Below are positions 38,195 through 48,619 of a stretch of DNA of 64,000 nt, in pieces. Under the pieces are notes generated by a model. It had not been told where the DNA came from. It saw only the letters and a list, made by a program, of their open reading frames with translations, and searched no databases. The position numbers and the translations under genes were made by a program. The stretch spans positions 15,438,001 to 15,502,000 of the forward strand of contig OZ249437.1 of NCBI GenBank assembly GCA_965235115.1. Direction: 5' to 3'. The stretch comes from Laetmonice hystrix. Taxonomy: Eukaryota. Within the stretch, counting starts at the first letter, position 1. Every line of letters begins with the position of its first letter.

Positions 38195-39475
38195 GCCTGC
38201 AGAAACAACTTAACTGTGTGGAACATTTAGAGGTTATATATATATATATATGTATCTATAATTACCTTACAATTTGCTAAGTATAGTTCTATCTACGGTG
38301 TTGCTCGGCTCACAAACAGTTTTGAATCTACGAACTAGGGTACTCCTGCATTTTTAGTTTTACTTTGCCATACTTTATATGTTGCCTAATAAATATCCTG
38401 CCTTTCCATTGCAGTGTGGCAACTCTCACTTCCTGAATCTTCTATCGGACTGCTGGGTCCACTTAGTGCTATCTGGATTGTCTCCCCTGTGTTCTGTTTG
38501 GGTTTGAATCTCTGAGTTCGGGGAACCGGTTGGAAAATCCCGCTGGTATCGGTAAATTCCGAGTGACTCGAGACTTCGACCCAGTTCTCCCCTGATACTA
38601 GAATGACTTTCACCACTTTCGTTCGTCGGATCAATCTTTTGAACTTCCCGTACGAGCATAGTGGCAGTCTGACATAACTAGGAAACGTAAGTCTCCCTAT
38701 TTCGTCTGCTGATATAGTATGTACACTAAACTAACTGATAAATTGTTCTGCACATGACATATACTATCATTTAGTTGGGTAATCAACCATCAGGGTGTTA
38801 CCTGACGCTACTTAACGTCCATTGTGCGTCTGTGACATAGGTGTGCGCCATCGGACATGTGATGTCGATAACGCTGGCGGCTTTAAGTGTTGCCGATATG
38901 GCAACGTTTTGACAGTGTGTGTCCTGCGTATTCGTGCGTTTTATCTCGGATATGGTTACCTCATACCCACGATGCGAGTCTCTGTAAATATGACTCGGTT
39001 CAACATGAAAAGCATTAGCCAGCTTTGTTACATTGCATTGTGCAGCGATTCTCGATAGTTTGATAACCTTGGGGTGCACTGAAGTGTTGTTCAGTGAGGC
39101 ACAATAGTCTTACCCACTTGATGGTTATACATAATAATGAAGTTACGCACAATCCCACAGCAACTGAGACTTATCATTTTGGAGTCTAGACGGATTGATA
39201 GCTGCTGTGTAATTAAGCGTGTGTACGCCAAATGTGCTCCCACCACGGAGCGCGAGTGATCGAAGTAATGAGTTTGAGAATCGTGCATAGGTATTCTTGA
39301 GATGACGTCGTGAAACTGATATCACGTTAACTGTGTTATTGTCATCCCGGCCTAGTAGTGGCTGGCTGCGTTAGTGGTTGTGGTACCTACTACGCAATAC
39401 ATGTGTTATCATCATTAAACTAACTCCGCATATGCATTAGCTACTTTATATCCTAGAAACATTTATACATAACGC

Positions 39476-40438
39476 CTAAAATGCGTAAAACCGATGAGCA
39501 AACCTTTTCCTAGATCCGGTTATCCTCAGATCTGGGTCGTTATCCAACGCTTTTGCCCATGGCAGTACATAAGGATGGTCCGCTGTGCGCATCCAAAAGT
39601 TGTGATATTCCTCACTTGGCGACCTCAACAGTAGTTGTAGGGCTCCGTCTTTATACCTTGCTTTCTTGATCTCCAGTTCCATAGATTCCTTTGATATTTG
39701 TTCTGTCATTCTGAAAATCGTTGCCTTCGTCCTGTCCTTAAGTTTGGTAGGTGCTGCCAATCTGCCATTGGCTTCTGCGTGTTGTACCTGTAAGTTGATG
39801 CTCACTGGCTCCCCTTGAATTGTAAAGTTTAAGGCGTTTTGTGGCATGTTGGTGACCTTTTCCCCTTGCTCGTTAGTTACCTGTATGGTGGGTTTCTTTA
39901 GAATGGGTTTCAATTCGTTGACATGGTTGACTGTTCCAGTTTCTGTTCTGATCCACGCGACTTTCAGTCTGGCCACATGAAATACTCCATTTATCTGTTG
40001 GCCCTCGAGTGTTTGCAGAATAGCGTGGTTGCGGTCAAGCATGGATTTGATTGATAGTGGTCCAATGAAATCCATTCGGATTTTCTTAGAGTTTGTCTGT
40101 AAGGCGCTATGCGACGGTGACAGCAGATAGATAAGCATACCTTCTGTGAATATTGGTGGGTTTTTCACTTTCTTCAATTGCGTTTGCGCTTGTTTTGTTT
40201 GGTTCCTGGCATGTAAGTCCAGAACTGTCTTTGAAACCTTCTGCAGTCTCTCCTTCATTGACTCCACATAGTCTACGTAATTTCTGCTGATCGCATCTGC
40301 TGGTCCGCATTCGAACGCAGATGGTGGGTTCCTTAGATAAACCAAGTAATAGGGACTGTATCCACTTAATGATGGGCTGGCGAAAGAGTTCATAGCAAAT
40401 GCTACGGCATTGCAGAACAAGTGCCAGTTCTTCCCGTT
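39476..40438 (-). CDS. pol: Pol C-terminal segment (integrase C-terminus plus ~160-aa extension), in frame with pol beyond a premature TGA
   Basis: Same frame as 40439-44245; CLT*NGKNWHLFCNAVAFAMN continues the integrase consensus; GPY/F-like FIGPLSI and VFHVARLK motifs. Confidence 0.9.
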   Translation of the reverse strand, partial: NGKNWHLFCNAVAFAMNSFASPSLSGYSPYYLVYLRNPPSAFECGPADAISRNYVDYVESMKERLQKVSKTVLDLHARNQTKQAQTQLKKVKNPPIFTEGMLIYLLSPSHSALQTNSKKIRMDFIGPLSIKSMLDRNHAILQTLEGQQINGVFHVARLKVAWIRTETGTVNHVNELKPILKKPTIQVTNEQGEKVTNMPQNALNFTIQGEPVSINLQVQHAEANGRLAAPTKLKDRTKATIFRMTEQISKESMELEIKKARYKDGALQLLLRSPSEEYHNFWMRTADHPYVLPWAKALDNDPDLRITGSRKRFAHRFYAF

Positions 40439-43400
40439 TCAAGTAAGACAGGAGGTCAAGAAGCTTGATACTGTTCCCACATAACGTTCAGACTTGTTTG
40501 ACTTGTGGTTTCCCACAGACACAAATCTTTGGTCAACCTTTAGAGCGTTGAACACGTATGCGATGACTTGGTTGTTGAACTCTCTTCCCTCGTCGCAAAT
40601 GAACCTCTTGAACGGCCCATGTATAAGAATGCATTTTTGTAGGATCGCTTCAGCGACTGATGGCGCGTCCTTGCTTTGTAGTGGTACTAGAATTGTATAT
40701 CGGGTGACCGCGCATACTAGGACTAATATGTAGCGGTGTCTGCTATGTGATTCCGGCATTACTTTCAGGTCACAGTAAACTGTTTCCATTGGTGCGTATT
40801 CCGTTGGGATGTTCACCTCGAACGGTCTGTCGGCGTTTATGGGGTGTTTTCTTGTTTGACAGGTGTGACAAGCTTTGACGTAGTCAGTGATTCTTTGATA
40901 CAGCAATGGGAAGTAGTACTTTTTCTTGATGGTCAGTGCTACTCGGTTGATACCTTGATGGCACGCTAGCAGTGAGTCATGGTGCATTGAGATGATCTCG
41001 CTCACCATTGATCTTGGAACAGCTAGATTTACTCTGATTTCTTCTGTGTTCGGTTTCTGCGTGAATCTGAACAAGACTCTATCTATTAACACATAGTTTT
41101 CTGCTTCTAGTAGCACTTTCTTTGCTGCTTTCTTCGTGTTTGGTAATAGGCCCTCATCTAGGTATAAGTGAATGTCTTTAAAGTCTGGACAGCTTGCCTG
41201 TTCCTTTGCAATCTCCCTTTTGGTTTGTGGCAGATGATAGTCTCTTAATACCTTTTGTTTGATTCTCTTTAGTAGTTGGTTTATACTTGCTTGTTTTGGG
41301 GTCCGGCCAATCTTGATGTTTTGATCCGAAAGATTAGAAATGAGCTGAGTTGGCTGGCGGTAGAAATGGTCTGGTGGTGACGTATGGGTTTCGAAGATTT
41401 CTGTCTCACTTGTTTCAGGTGTTTGTGCTTCAATCGGGATGTGTTTTAATGGTGTTTGTGTGTCTACTAGTCGGTGTGTTTGAGCTTGCTCTCTTGTGTT
41501 GTATCTTGGGAATAACAGAGTCATATCGTTATTTACTATTGGCTCTTGTTGTTGCGTAGCGCGTTCGGTTGTAGCTTTGTTTGCCGTTGGTGTTGGGGTG
41601 TTATTTCTCACGCTTTTCCTGGCTTTATTTTCGGGTGATATGTCTGCTGGAGGTATTGGTGGCATAGCGATGTTGTTTCTTCGCGCCATGGACCTCGTGA
41701 TTGGGAATGCAATCGTGTCTTCCTGGTTTGTGTCGTCTACTGGCGGTGGGTTTCGCGACAAGTAGTCTGCGATAACTAGACTCGATCCCTTTTTGTAACC
41801 CACTTTTATGCAGTATCCACTCAACTTCTCAAGCAGCCTTTTTATCCTGTCCGACGTGGGCTCTGCCTTGGATTTCATTATCCTTGGGATGGCGGCGTGA
41901 TCTGTGTAACACTCAAAATGAGTGCCTTTTACCAGGTGTCTGAATGCTGTTACTGCTATCGTAAGACCTGTTAGCTCTAATTCTGTGATTCCATAGTTCG
42001 ATGCAGCTTTAGGAAGAGCTTTAGAGTAGTAGGCTATAAGCCTTTCTGATCCGCCCTGGACTTGCCACAGGCTCGCTCCTACTCCGATTTTTGAAGTGTC
42101 AGTGTACAGTCTGAAGAGTCCCTGGCTGCGTGGCATGGTGAGAATGGGTGATTCTTGTAAGAGTTTTATAATCTTGTCGTAATTATCCTGTGCTATTTGG
42201 TCCCATACAAAGTCGGCCTTCTTTGTTGCAATGGAGTGCAGCGGTTGAAGTAGAATTTGGAGATGAGGCAAGTACATGCTGAGATACGATACTTTGCCTA
42301 TGAATCCCTTCAACTTCCGTTTTGTTGTTGGAATCGGCAACTTCTGTATTGCTTCCGTTCTCTCCATGAGAGCTCGGATACATGGTTGTTTGTTATGTAT
42401 GATAATCTCATGGCCCATGTATGTGACTCGTTCTCTAAACAACTTGGCTTTTGCAGGTGAAATTTTGAGTCCGTATTTCTGTAGAACTGCAAGGATCGTT
42501 TCAACGTGTTGGTAGTGATCTTTGGTCCCTTTTGAGTAGATTATCAAATCATCCATGATTCCTATGCAAAACTGGTTGCCCTCTTGAATTTCGTCTAAGA
42601 TTCGGTTGATTCTGGTTTGGAACTCTGCTGGACTTATGTTAAGGCCCATTGGTAGTTTCTTGTAGAAGTATGTTTTTCCACCAAAGTATGAAGCAATTCC
42701 TGTGTATTGGCGGCATCTTTCTGATAGATTCAAACAATGATAGGCTTCTTTAAGATCTAGTACTGACAGTATTTGAGCTTGGGAGTGTCCTATTATCTGT
42801 AGCGTGTCTTTGATAAGAGGAAATGGCAGATTCCTCTTCACGATACGCTGGTTGAGATGTCGGAAATCGGTGACTAGTCGGTATGTCTTTGTGTCTTTCT
42901 TCCTGAGAAGCATAACTGGACTCGAGTACTGGGAGTGTCCTTCCTGCAGAATTCCCATCTTGACTAGTTTGTTAAGTTCTTTGTCAATGATTGGTTTTTC
43001 CGTCGCCGGAACGGTAAATGGCCTGATGTAGAACGGTTTTGTGTCGTTTAACTGAAAGTCGACTGTCATGTCGGTTTGGCCTACCTCTGAGTGTAAACTA
43101 AGCGCGTTTTTGTATTTATTTAACATTGTTCTGACTTTCATTTTTCCCTCCATGTCAAGTACACAGTGCTCAAATTTAATGTCTCTGTTTATAATTTCTT
43201 CGTCAAACATTTTAAGTCGGTCGTCTGTGTCTTCTAGAAAAGGGTATTTCTGTTTCTTATATTCGTACAGAGTGTCTCGCTCTAGTGGTTCTCCGTCTTG
43301 TCCGGTCTTATCTTTTATCGGTTCTGGTGTTGGTCTCTCCGAGCGCGCAGTGCATGCATAGTAGTGTACAGTGGTGCTTGCTGATGTTATCTCAGCGTGT

Positions 43401-44358
43401 GATACTGCCGTATACATGTTGGTCATTGCTCTTGGTTCCACAGTTGCCACGGGTTTATCTCGTCTAATCTTGATTGGCGTGTTTGATGGATTCCGTACGA
43501 CAATTGCGGCTGTTGAATTTCTGAACTGTACCAACATTAGCTTGGATGATAGGTTTTCGAGGAATTTTGTGGCTTTGATAAGAATGTTGGAATTCCTTAA
43601 AAAGTGTGGTAGTTTCCCCTGTATCGTGATGCTCCTTGTCTGATGGGGTTGTAGGATGGTATCACAAGATGGTTTTAGGAGAATGGAACTCGATTTAAAT
43701 TTCAGTCTGTGTGTCCTGAACTCAAGTTTGGCGTCGATTTCTCCCATCGACGGGCTTCCTAATACCATTGATATTCCCCCTAGGGTATTGACAACTAGTG
43801 CGGTCACTAGAAACTTGTGGTCTTGTATGTTAATAGTTACGTCAATAGCATGGTCCGTTGTTAGATATTCTCCGTTCCCTACCTTGAATCTCATCTGTTT
43901 GCATTGGCGTTTTGGTAGTTCTGACAAGTATCTCGACTCATTTATGGTATTAGCACAGATTAATGTGTGTGATGCTCCTGAATCAAAAAGTATTGTGATG
44001 GTTTCGCGATTCGGTAGTTTTGCTGATGTCATGTTTCTGGGATTAAGTTCGAGGCATATTGTTTCATTGTTGTTCTGGTTTTGTGCGCTGTTAACATGTA
44101 CTAATGATGCGTCTTCATTGGGATCAAATGTAGTCGACTGTTCGTGAACTTTAAGTACCGTCGTGGTTTCGTCGTCGGTTAACGTGTTGGTTCTAACCTC
44201 TAAACTATGTGCGTTATCCGTTTCTGAATTTGAGTTGGTTGGCAATCTAGTGGGTGTGGTTTTTTGTAATGGATGTGGTGAATTATGTGTTGTGGTGGAT
44301 TTGATTGTGTCTTTGGAAACAGACAGACTGGCGTCCTCTGGCTGTCTCCCCTCTAAAA
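40439..44358 (-). CDS. pol: Pol polyprotein (aspartic protease, RT, RNase H, integrase), in the -1 frame relative to gag and interrupted by TGA at 40439-40441
   Basis: Protease ILFDSGAS (D at ~43984); RT LDLKEAYH, LPMGLNISP and GIMDDL; RNase H YTDTS, ELELTG, YTDH and IADYLSR; integrase HH..H..CHTC and D(YCD)-D(ICDEG)-E(SERY). Confidence 0.96.
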
Positions 44359-44362
44359 ATCC
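44353..44362 (-). promoter_or_regulatory. Candidate -1 ribosomal frameshift site G GAT TTT TAG
   Basis: The pol frame is open from GGA TTT TTA GAG across the gag stop and is -1 to gag. Confidence 0.75.
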
Positions 44363-45417
44363 TGTTCCTGGCCGTGTTGTAGGTTATCTAGTTTGTTTGC
44401 TAACATATAACATTGTCTCCACGCATGTCCTTGTTTGTGACAGAAGTTACATATGATGTCCTGCCTATGGTTCCTATCGGCGTGTGGTGTTGCGTCTCTC
44501 TGTCTTGTTACCTTCTCAGTAGGCCTTTCTCGGCTCTTCGACTTATCTCGGCCGTCATATCGACCTCTGGACTCGTATCGCTCCCTCGATTGATATCTAC
44601 CTCGCGACTCGTGTTGGCCTCGGCCTTCGTGTCGGCCCCTACTCTCATGTCGGCCTCGGCTACGGCTGTCATACCGACTCCGGCTATCATAGCGGTTTCT
44701 ACCCTCATGTTTATTTGTGTTCCTGTAACGCCCTCTAGATTGGTCTCTGCTCCTATCTACCTGTTGTTGGTTCCCTACCATAGCCATCAATCTGTCCTGT
44801 CCTAGCGTTAGTTCCCTTACACAGTGTGTGAGGTGGTCTATTTCTGTCTTTTGGTTTGTTCTCTCCCCTTGTGTGCATAATATGTTTCCTGCTACCATCG
44901 GCTTTTCCCTCTGTAGATCAGCATAGCGCTGTGCCCTCGCTGTTAGATCGTTCAGTTGTACTGCCCCGCTCATTACCACGAATGTTTTCATCTCAAACGG
45001 TAACCCGTTCAGGAACTGTTCCCTGACTAGTTCTGGCCCCAGGTTCAGCCTCTCTGCTAACCTTCTTAGCTTGTTCGAGTATCGCTCCACGCTATCTGGT
45101 GGTGTCCACCTGAGCGACCTAAAAGCTTCCAAAGACGCTTCTCTTGACGTTAGTCCTGAGAAATATAGTGTGAAAGCATCCCTTAAGTTTGCAGGGTTAT
45201 TAAACTGCTTATTCGCGATCCATTCTCTGGCTTCACCACTGAGTGATAGTTTGAACTGGTTAACCTTGTTGTTATCGTCGTATTGATGCGCTATACAATA
45301 GTCCTCCCATTTCAACCAATGACTGTACGGGTTTGAATCACCTTCCCCTGTAAAAAGTCTGGGAAACAAATCGTGTAACCTTGGGAGATACCCATGTTGT
45401 TGATTCGGGTTGGCCAT
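44353..45417 (-). CDS. gag: Gag, 354 aa, with an R/S/G-rich hexapeptide tract and one CCHC zinc knuckle
   Basis: ATG-started ORF with CNFCHKQGHAWRQC near the C-terminus; lies between the PBS and pol. Confidence 0.95.
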   Translation of the reverse strand: MANPNQQHGYLPRLHDLFPRLFTGEGDSNPYSHWLKWEDYCIAHQYDDNNKVNQFKLSLSGEAREWIANKQFNNPANLRDAFTLYFSGLTSREASLEAFRSLRWTPPDSVERYSNKLRRLAERLNLGPELVREQFLNGLPFEMKTFVVMSGAVQLNDLTARAQRYADLQREKPMVAGNILCTQGERTNQKTEIDHLTHCVRELTLGQDRLMAMVGNQQQVDRSRDQSRGRYRNTNKHEGRNRYDSRSRYDSRSRGRHESRGRHEGRGQHESRGRYQSRERYESRGRYDGRDKSKSRERPTEKVTRQRDATPHADRNHRQDIICNFCHKQGHAWRQCYMLANKLDNLQHGQEQDF

Positions 45418-45659
45418 TGCCTTTCTTTGTTTTGTGAGCTTTGCACCGTCTATCGAACTACCTGTACGTTACAACTGTTAAACTTGTTTTGACTACTTGT
45501 TTTGTTTTGTTTTTCACCTTGCTTTTCGTCCACACGGTTATTGCTTACTGACATGAACCTCCGATGCCCTGGTTGAACATAAAGCTAGCACATATCAAAG
45601 AATGGGTCTTACCATTTTGTTGTCGTGCAGCTCATTGTCGTTCGAAGCAGATCCGGTTG

Positions 45660-45669
45660 TTCTCCACCA
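45660..45669 (-). promoter_or_regulatory. Primer-binding site TGGTGGAGAA (candidate tRNA-Ala primer)
   Basis: Abuts the 5' LTR; complementary to a tRNA 3' end UUCUCCACCA, as found in some animal tRNA-Ala(AGC). Confidence 0.8.
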
Positions 45670-46172
45670 TGTTATGTTGTGAACATGGAAGGGAAGACAG
45701 ACTTGTTGTGTGCTGAGGTTTTATTCGTCACGATAGACAGTCGCGTCGTGCGTTCTCGTCTCTGTCTATCTCTCTCTCTCTCTTTCTATTACATTGTTGT
45801 ACTATATATACTAAAATGCTTATCATTAGTCAGGTGATTACAAATGGGTCCTCTCTGTAGTGGAGGAGGGTGCATGATACTTATTTGTTTGCATAAGGAA
45901 ACGTATGTGGTCATGAAAGATTGGAGCTGACATGGTGTGCTTACATTACTGCGGGAGGTGTTCTATCTTTCCTTAGATGTAATGATTATGCTTCATTACA
46001 CAAGAGCTCGATTACATGACAGTGGTATGTGTGTTTGGACTTGTTCCTTTGATAGTGTGGTTATCTCTAACCATGACTGAGAACAAAGGTCTGATAACAG
46101 TGTCCAGGCATGTCCATGTTATCTGGTTGGTAAGTATAGTCTGTTGTGTAAAGTTCAGATAAATATACCACA
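45670..46172 (-). repeat. 5' LTR (503 bp)
   Basis: TG...CA on the minus strand; TATA-like TATATATA near 45805 and AATAAA near 45720. Confidence 0.96.
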
Positions 46173-46938
46173 TTAGAATGTCAGAATGTGGTCAAACTCT
46201 ACTTTCTTCAAAGAAGGTAGGCAAAATAAAAACCTCCAGGCGATTCGGAAATCTCCAGGAAATTAGGCAATGCGAGGGTTAAATAGCAAGTCACCGATGG
46301 TATAGTTAAACCCAGAATATCTTGACCTGCTCTCCCTTGTCCGTTCTCAGGGAGGTCTTATTAATTATAGACCGGCTTCATTATAAGTAAAACAAATGAT
46401 GGTCCTGGGGAAACCTGACATGAACCCGCTTAAATCCTGTCTGTCTGTGGTCGTGGTAAATAGCTGCATCCATCCCTAAATGTAGGTCCAAATGTACATG
46501 TATTATACATACGACTGCCTTTCTACGCTCGTCGGCGTGGTGGAAAGGTCACTGATAACGTCGACATGTAACGTCTGAATCATTGAATATAAAATGGCAC
46601 CTATAGTAATGGATCTGAACAGATCTTGGCCAACCGACAGCTAATAGACCTACGTATACTGCTGAATTCGCTGTGCTAGATGGGATAATCGACTAGCACT
46701 TCGGGGGAGGAACTCCATTTCATGCCACACGACTTCCAACACAAAGTTTCCTTGTAGATACTTTTATTTATCTACTGCCACGACCGTGACCATGCCAAGA
46801 AAAATCTCATTGAAATATCTTCAGGGGAGAGAACCCATAATGTCTGTGGATGATAATTATTCACGTTATATGCACAATTACCATGAGGCTTCAGGTGGAG
46901 GAAAGTAAAGTTCAGTAAAAGCCAACAGGACGACAAAC

Positions 46939-47872
46939 TGTCTGTATATTATTGAAGTATCCTGTAACGTTTGTTCAAGTGGCTGTATGTTATTGAAGTA
47001 TCCTGTAACGTTTGTTTAAGTGCCTGTATGTTATTGAAGTATCTTGTAACGTTTGTTCAAGTGTCTGTATGTTATTGAAGTATCCTGTAACGTTTGTTTA
47101 AGTGGCTGTATGTTATTGAAGTATCCTGTAACGTTTGTTCAAGTGTCTGTACGTGTATGTTATTGAAGTATCCCGTAATGTTTGTTCAAGTGTCTGTATG
47201 TTATTGAAGTATCCTGTAACGTTTGTTTAAGTGCCCGTATGTTATTGAAGTATCCTGTAACGTTTGTTCAAGTGTCTGTATCTTATTGAAGTATCTTGTA
47301 ACGTTTGTTTAAGTGGCTGTATGTTATTGAAGTATCTTGTAACGTTTGTTCAAGTGGCTGTATGTTATTGAAGTATCCTGTAACGTTTGTTTAAGTGCCC
47401 GTATGTTATTGAAGTATCCTGTAACGTTTGTTCAAGTGTCTGTATCTTATTGAAGTATCTTGTAACGTTTGTTCAAGTGGCTGTATGTTATTGAAGTATC
47501 CTGTAACGTTTGTTTAAGTGCCCGTATGTTATTGAAGTATCCTGTAACGTTTGTTCAAGTGGCTGTATGTTACTGAAGTATCCTGTAACGTTTGTTCAAG
47601 TGGCTGTATGTTATTGAAGTATCCTGTAACGTTTGTTCAAGTGTCTGTATCTTATTGAAGTATCTTGTAACGTTTGTTTAAGTGGCTGTATGTTATTGAA
47701 GTATCCTGTAACGTTTGTTCAAGTGGCTGTATGTTATTGAAGTATCCTGTAACGTTTGTTCAAGTGTCTGTATCTTATTGAAGTATCCTATAACGTTTGT
47801 TCAAGTGTCTGTATCTTATTGAAGTATCCTATAACGTTTGTTCAAGTGTCTGTATCTTATTGAAGCATCCTG
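46939..47872. repeat. Minisatellite, 41-bp unit (TGTATGTTATTGAAGTATCCTGTAACGTTTGTTCAAGTGGC), about 22 copies, running into the GPCR acceptor
   Basis: Direct tandem repeats; the last degenerate unit merges with TATATTTTACAG at 47873-47884. Confidence 0.95.
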
Positions 47873-47884
47873 TATATTTTACAG

Positions 47885-48014
47885 CCAAACAGTTGAACGG
47901 GACGGGTGTTACATCTCGACAGGTCACGCCAACCACGTGAATGACAAGTCGGCCGCCTACGCACGTCGGCGCCGGAAAATGGCGAGTGTTGACGACGACT
48001 CCACTCGGAAGCAG
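47885..48014 (+). CDS. GPCR exon: ICL3 up to the start of TM6
   Basis: TTTTACAG acceptor (phase 2, completing AA+C=Asn), CAG|GTATAT donor (phase 0); QTVERDG...ASVDDDSTRKQ joins VIKML. Confidence 0.88.
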
Positions 48015-48619
48015 GTATATACAATTTATAATTTACAGACTAATTTTCTCGTAACATTTCCCCAAAATTTGATATAAAGGACTAAAAGTCTCCCAGTCCC
48101 GAAAATGCTTGTCCAACCCCATGACGTTCTCTAACCCGTCGTCAACCCTCGACCATGTATAACCCAGTGGCGGATTTAAATGGGGGGGGGGGGCTCACTG
48201 GGTTACACCCCCCCCCCCGCTTTTTCCTGCTTGAAAGGTTCACAGAAAACATACCCCCGCACCCACAACCTCCCCCCGTTGGCGCAACCCTAGTTGACTT
48301 TACGATTTGTAGCTTTTTATTTCGACAGTGTCGTCCGTCTAATTGTGACACTGACGAAATATGTTTTCAAAGAAACGTACTTTATTGTAAAATATCAGCA
48401 CGAGGAGGACGTGTCATGACATGCCCAATTCCCGTGAACAGCCTCCAATAAATATAATGTGCTCTGACAGCTCTGACAGAAAAAAATTTCAAATGTCAAC
48501 AACAAACTGAGTCGTATATATAACGGGCACAAGTAAAAAGTCTGGTTTACATGCAGTAACATTTATAAGTTCTGTTTTCCATCCAGTAATTAGCGTTGTT
48601 TTCTGTGACTCGACTGTAG

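Larger units (their letters stand above)
36700..46172 (-). mobile_element. Full-length Ty3/gypsy LTR retrotransposon, antisense within the GPCR intron
   Basis: Two near-identical LTRs with TG...CA ends; 4-bp TSD TTAG (36696-36699 and 46173-46176); gag and pol in PR-RT-RH-IN order. Confidence 0.98.

Noticed and set aside
40439-40441. Programmed readthrough of the TGA in integrase
   Set aside because: It falls inside the catalytic-core fold, where regulated truncation is implausible, and lacks a known readthrough context (TGA AAC). A nonsense mutation or base error is simpler.
40494-45837. Numerous plus-strand ORFs antisense to gag/pol (e.g. 43656-44147, 44413-44805)
   Set aside because: Shadow ORFs caused by the codon bias of the sense-strand retroelement genes.
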